Origin: an uncultured bacterium
Lineage (GTDB): Bacteria; Patescibacteriota; Minisyncoccia; UBA6257; GWB1-50-10
NCBI GenBank assembly: GCA_903827975.1
Contig: CAIKKG010000024.1
Coordinates: forward strand, 66,523-107,690
Reading direction: 5' to 3'
Length of the DNA: 41,168 bases
Of this stretch, positions 36,848 through 41,168 are shown piece after piece (position 1 is the stretch's first letter; each line of letters starts with the position of its first letter). The translations under genes and the position numbers were made by a program. Under the pieces are notes generated by a model. That model was not told where the DNA came from. It saw only the letters and a list, made by a program, of their open reading frames with translations, and did not search any database.

Positions 36848-39800
36848 TTACTTTCCGATGTTCTGTGCAAAAATACTTAAATCCTGGATATCTACCTTAC
36901 CGTCTCCATTGAAGTCTAAACTTCCTTTTGTTGTTGGATCGGTTGATAGCCATTTTGCGAGGAAGATGCTTAAATCACTTGCATTTATTGTTCCATCACC
37001 ATTTAGGTCTGTTTGAGGAACTAGAAGATTTGTCACAATAAATGTGCGTTCTATTGAAGAGTCACTAATTTCACCACTTGTTCTTGTCTGATACGCACGT
37101 ACTGGGTGTGCACCAAATGGAAGATTAAATGTATTGAAGAGAAGTGTATATTCTCCAGTGCTTTCAGCTTTTGCTGTCTCGGTTATTTCATTTCCATCCA
37201 CACTGGCACTTATTGTCGCGCCAGGCGTTGCAAACCCTTTAATTCCTAGGAAACCACCCTTAATTACTGCGCGTTGCGTAAACCCGATTGTAGGTGGTAA
37301 GAACACATCGCGAACAATTAACTGTTGATTTACATTCACGTTATAAACCTTTGTTTGTGTTAGGCGACCATCTTTATCTATTACAGATAAAAAGTATGAC
37401 TTTATACCTGGGGTTATATCGCTGAAACGAAGCGTAAACGAACCATCTGCGCGCGCTATCGTTCCTTGGCGTACTGGTATATCACCATTTCCAGTTCCAA
37501 CAATTGTTAGTTTTGCACCAGCAAATGCTGTGCCTGAGAATACTACCGTTGAACGTACTGGGGCTGAGACAACCTGACTTCCTCCAGCTGTGACAATCGG
37601 TTGTGCGGAGAAGAGGACGTCCTGTATTGATGAGGTGTCTAATCCTGTTACTGCAGAGTCTGTAAGTGTGAGAGTCACAGTTTCTGCAACAGCATCAGTT
37701 ATTGATTTTGTTCCAACACCATTTTGTATAGTTACCACACCTCCTCCAGTTGCTGAGCCTGATACATTAAGTGTTACATTGCGATTGTATGTTGTTTGTA
37801 CATTACCATTAATATCTTCAGCGCGAACCGTGACTACTGTGCTTCCTCCAACCATAACATCAGATGGGTTTAATATTGTGAAGCGCGTTGCGACGATTGG
37901 AATGCTCGATATCGTAACAGAGTCAGACGCATCTGCAATTCCTGCTCCGCCATTTGCAGTTGGTGTTGAATCAGACACAGTTATTGTGACGATTCCGGCT
38001 GCCTCATCGTAATACCAGAAGCCTGCTGATGATGCTCCACTATTTATTGTGCGCACGCTGATTGGGGAGCCACCACTTGCCGAGCTGTAAAACGCGCTTG
38101 ATGTGCTCACAGGACTTGCGTACAGATAAACTGATTCACTTCCAGAGGTAACCAAATTTCCAAATTGGTCCTCTCGCGATACCGTGTATCCAACGCGTGT
38201 GCCGGCTGTTATATCTCCCGGATCATTCAATATATATTGTGATGTTGCGGCTGGGGTTACTACTATAGCGTCTGTTGCATCGATTATTCCTGTTGCGTTA
38301 TCAGCTGTCGGCGTTGCATCGGACGCGGTTACACCCCATGAGCCCGCCTTACCTTCGTAATACCAGAACGATGCAACTGATGAACCATTTGCGATGCCTA
38401 TTGAAGGAGAAAGAGTTCCTCCGCTTGCAGCATCATAGAATTCACTAAGTCCTCCTGTTGCATTTGAGTAAAGATAAACCGTTTCGCTTCCCGAGGTTAC
38501 AAGATTTCCATACACATCTTTTCGCGTAACGGTATATCCAGCACGTGTGCCAGCAGTTATGTCGCTCGGACTATTTAAGAAGTATTGCTTTGTGGCGCCA
38601 GGGGAGAAGATAACATCTTGTGTTGAAAGTCCAAACCCCGTTGCTGCAGAGTCTGTAAGTGTAAGTGAGACGGTTTCGGCTTTCGTATCTGTAATATTAG
38701 TCGAACCACGACCACCAGTAATTGTTACTACCACTCCATTTTGTGGGGTTGCCTGACCGGATGTATTTAGTGTTACAGAACCACTATAAGAAGTATCTAG
38801 GCTACCACTATTATTTTCTGCACGAATAAGAACGGCGATTGTGTCACCAACTACACCGTCTGTAGGATTAACGATAGTAAACTGGGATGCGATAATAGGT
38901 GCCGTGCTTACCGTTATTGAATCAGTTCCATCAATAATTCCAGTTACGCCATTTGCTGGGGAGCTGTCTGACGCTGTTATTGTCCATAGTCCAGCCTGCT
39001 CATCAAAATACCACGCAGTTGCGGATGAAGAGCCATCAGCAATCGTGACATATGTGATTACTGCACCACCCACATCCGAGTTATAAAACGCCGTTGTTCC
39101 ACCAGGAAATCCAGTAGAATTTGAGGAAAGGTACACGGTGTCAGAGCCAGTCGTTACTGTATTTCCGAATGCGTCCTGTCTCGAAATTGTATACATTATG
39201 AATGTTCCAACAGTCATATCTCCAGGATTATCAAGAATAAATTTTCCAGTTGCTCCAGGCGTGACAATTATTGAGTCGGTCGCATCTGCAATTCCTGCTC
39301 CACCATTCGCCGGAGTGCTGTCTGACGCGGTTACGGTTGTAGTGCCTGCATGTTCATCATAGTACCAGGCGTTTGCGGACGACACTCCATTTCCGATTGT
39401 TACGTACGTAATTATATTTCCATTCGTTGCTGCGTCATAAAATCGTTTCGTGCCAGCTGAATCACTAAATAGATATACTGTTGTGTCACCAGAAGTAGAG
39501 AGATTATTGAATGCGTCTTTACGTGTAATCGTATATGCAACTCGCGCGCCAGCGGTCGTTGTTGTCTCATCGTTTAAATAGAGTTGTGAAGGCGCTGCGG
39601 CTGTGACTGTTACCGCATCTACTGCATCCACAACACCACTTGCTCCATCCGCAGGAGATGTGTCTGAAACTGCTACAGTTGAATTTCCTGCAAATTCGTC
39701 ATGGTACCAGAAGGCACCAGTTGATGTACCATTTTGAATTGTTACTGTTGTGACAACATTTCCATTCGTTGCTGCATCATAAAATCGTTTCGTGCCAGCT

Positions 39801-41167
39801 GAATCACTTGAGAGGTAAAATATTTCACTACCGACAGTTTTAAGATTATTGTATTGATCTTTTCGAGTTACTAAATATGGAAGTCGCGTACCGGCAGTCA
39901 TACTTACCTGATCATTTAAAGAAAGATATTTTGTTGCACCAGCCGTAAATACAACATCTTGTGTTGATGAGGTATTAAGGCCAGTACTTGCAGTGTCTGA
40001 TAGCGATAGGTTAACAGTTTCTGCAACAGTATTTGAGATGGTTGTTGTTCCGACACCATTCTGAATATTTACCAACCCTCCTCCAGTTGCTGAGCCATCT
40101 TTTAATAATGTGACGCCATGTCCATATGTAGTCGCAACATCTCCCGAATTATTTTGCGCTTCAATTGTGACAACAATAGGGGAGTCGGTTGTTCCGTCTG
40201 TAGGATTAAGAATCACAAATTTTGTTGGCACCACTACTCCAGACTCTATTGTAAATGTCTGTGCATTTGATGCCCCTCCTCCAGGTGTTGGGCTTACTAC
40301 TGTTACAGATGCAGAGCCTACCGATGCAACGTCGCCTGAGGTAATTACTGCCGTAAGTTTAGTAGGTGATACATATGTTGTTGTGCGTGATGCTCCATTC
40401 CAATAAACCTCGGAACTTGTTATGAAGTCGGTTCCATTGACAGTTAGCGTGAATCCTCCAGTTGCAACAATTGTTGATGTTGGTGAGATCGATGTTATTA
40501 CTGGTGTTGGATTTAAAACAGAAAAATCTGTTGAGGTTGCACTACCACCACCATTTGTTACTACAATAGTTTTTGTACCAGCTGTTGCTGTGTTTGACGA
40601 GTTAAGCGTTATTGTTAACTCATTTACAGAATTAATAGTTGGGGTCTTACTTGAACCATTAAACGTTACTGCTGTGCCAGTTGCGAATCCCGTTCCTGTA
40701 ATTGTTAGTGTTGGTGTTGTTGAAAGGAGTGTTGAGGTTGGAGAAACGTTTGTGATCGTAGGAGGTGCCTGAGTTATTGTTAGGTTTGCAGAAACAAAAT
40801 TTGATATTGAATAATTAGTTCCGACAATAGCAAGTGATCCTATTGTCATTGCATATACTCCAGCGCTTTCTCCAGGATCGCGACTTAGTGTTCCTGTGAA
40901 GGTCGCACTTAGGTCAGATGATGTATATAAGAATGTTGGGTCGGTATCTCCAAAAACTTTTGTCGCAGCTTGTGCGGTGACAGTTATATTTTTTGGAGTG
41001 AGAGTCACATTGATCGCCGCACTTGTCGCAGAATTGTAATTGCTATCAGCCGCCTTTGTTGCAGTTACTGAACACGTACCAGCTGCATCACTTACATTAA
41101 GAGTTGTAGTCGCCGTGATGTTACATCCAGTTGATGAGCCAACAGAGAATGTGACAGTTCCAGTTCC
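36848..41167 (-). CDS. Giant Ig/IPT-repeat surface protein with C-terminal dockerin (5' end outside window)
   Basis: The frame stays open to the window edge (GTGTVTFSVGSSTGC...). It contains an MBG-like domain, two IPT/TIG-like domains, eight ~100-115 aa repeats, and duplicated Ca-loops DLNGDGTINASDLSIF and DFNGDGKVDIQDLSIF. Confidence 0.85.
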   Translation of the reverse strand, partial: GTGTVTFSVGSSTGCNITATTTLNVSDAAGTCSVTATKAADSNYNSATSAAINVTLTPKNITVTAQAATKVFGDTDPTFLYTSSDLSATFTGTLSRDPGESAGVYAMTIGSLAIVGTNYSISNFVSANLTITQAPPTITNVSPTSTLLSTTPTLTITGTGFATGTAVTFNGSSKTPTINSVNELTITLNSSNTATAGTKTIVVTNGGGSATSTDFSVLNPTPVITSISPTSTIVATGGFTLTVNGTDFITSSEVYWNGASRTTTYVSPTKLTAVITSGDVASVGSASVTVVSPTPGGGASNAQTFTIESGVVVPTKFVILNPTDGTTDSPIVVTIEAQNNSGDVATTYGHGVTLLKDGSATGGGLVNIQNGVGTTTISNTVAETVNLSLSDTASTGLNTSSTQDVVFTAGATKYLSLNDQVSMTAGTRLPYLVTRKDQYNNLKTVGSEIFYLSSDSAGTKRFYDAATNGNVVTTVTIQNGTSTGAFWYHDEFAGNSTVAVSDTSPADGASGVVDAVDAVTVTAAAPSQLYLNDETTTTAGARVAYTITRKDAFNNLSTSGDTTVYLFSDSAGTKRFYDAATNGNIITYVTIGNGVSSANAWYYDEHAGTTTVTASDSTPANGGAGIADATDSIIVTPGATGKFILDNPGDMTVGTFIMYTISRQDAFGNTVTTGSDTVYLSSNSTGFPGGTTAFYNSDVGGAVITYVTIADGSSSATAWYFDEQAGLWTITASDSSPANGVTGIIDGTDSITVSTAPIIASQFTIVNPTDGVVGDTIAVLIRAENNSGSLDTSYSGSVTLNTSGQATPQNGVVVTITGGRGSTNITDTKAETVSLTLTDSAATGFGLSTQDVIFSPGATKQYFLNSPSDITAGTRAGYTVTRKDVYGNLVTSGSETVYLYSNATGGLSEFYDAASGGTLSPSIGIANGSSVASFWYYEGKAGSWGVTASDATPTADNATGIIDATDAIVVTPAATSQYILNDPGDITAGTRVGYTVSREDQFGNLVTSGSESVYLYASPVSTSSAFYSSASGGSPISVRTINSGASSAGFWYYDEAAGIVTITVSDSTPTANGGAGIADASDSVTISSIPIVATRFTILNPSDVMVGGSTVVTVRAEDINGNVQTTYNRNVTLNVSGSATGGGVVTIQNGVGTKSITDAVAETVTLTLTDSAVTGLDTSSIQDVLFSAQPIVTAGGSQVVSAPVRSTVVFSGTAFAGAKLTIVGTGNGDIPVRQGTIARADGSFTLRFSDITPGIKSYFLSVIDKDGRLTQTKVYNVNVNQQLIVRDVFLPPTIGFTQRAVIKGGFLGIKGFATPGATISASVDGNEITETAKAESTGEYTLLFNTFNLPFGAHPVRAYQTRTSGEISDSSIERTFIVTNLLVPQTDLNGDGTINASDLSIFLAKWLSTDPTTKGSLDFNGDGKVDIQDLSIFAQNIGK
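39416..39808. repeat. Near-identical 51-bp intragenic DNA repeat
   Basis: 39416-39466 and 39758-39808 differ at one position (both encode SDSAGTKRFYDAATNGN). Confidence 0.85.
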
Positions 41168-41168
41168 A

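Noticed and set aside
37134-40772. Multiple + strand ORFs opposite the giant protein, and similar shadow ORFs elsewhere (for example 4433-4939 and 6205-6711)
   Set aside because: Antisense shadows of real genes caused by codon bias; no independent start signals or motifs.
36848-41167. Diversity-generating retroelement target (TR/VR pair)
   Set aside because: No reverse transcriptase in the window; the repeats are in-frame domain duplications without an adenine-specific mismatch pattern.
1-41168. Genetic code 25 (UGA=Gly)
   Set aside because: All recognisable genes are full length under code 11 with no in-frame TGA.

Overview
A 41 kb stretch of a low-GC bacterial chromosome starting at the replication origin (dnaA 3' end, oriC, dnaN). 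Gene content and sequence style point to Patescibacteria/CPR (Parcubacteria-like); that assignment is an inference. Most of the window is housekeeping: PBP1A, ruvA/B/C, polA, tsaE, holA, rpsT, murE, murB, UDG, infC-rpmI-rplT, smpB-ssrA and argS. It also holds a PilB/GspE ATPase, a PAS histidine kinase, two stand-alone receiver proteins, two sulfatase-like proteins and several orphan single-gene cassettes. The main findings are: (1) a giant Ig-repeat protein with a C-terminal dockerin next to a membrane-anchored cohesin protein; (2) a 173-bp unit at the tmRNA 3' end with a 48-bp duplication and an inverted T-arm copy; (3) an unannotated ~175-nt rod-shaped ncRNA, possibly 6S; (4) widespread leaderless-type starts on core genes versus SD-led orphan cassettes, including an apparent leaderless AUU start for infC; (5) a membrane-anchored Clp ATPase with degenerate motifs; (6) a Bacillus-like DnaA-box/DnaA-trio unwinding element; (7) a truncated tRNA-Arg(CCG); and (8) no TGA stop codon among 39 genes. 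All calls come from reading the sequence by eye; no database searches were run.
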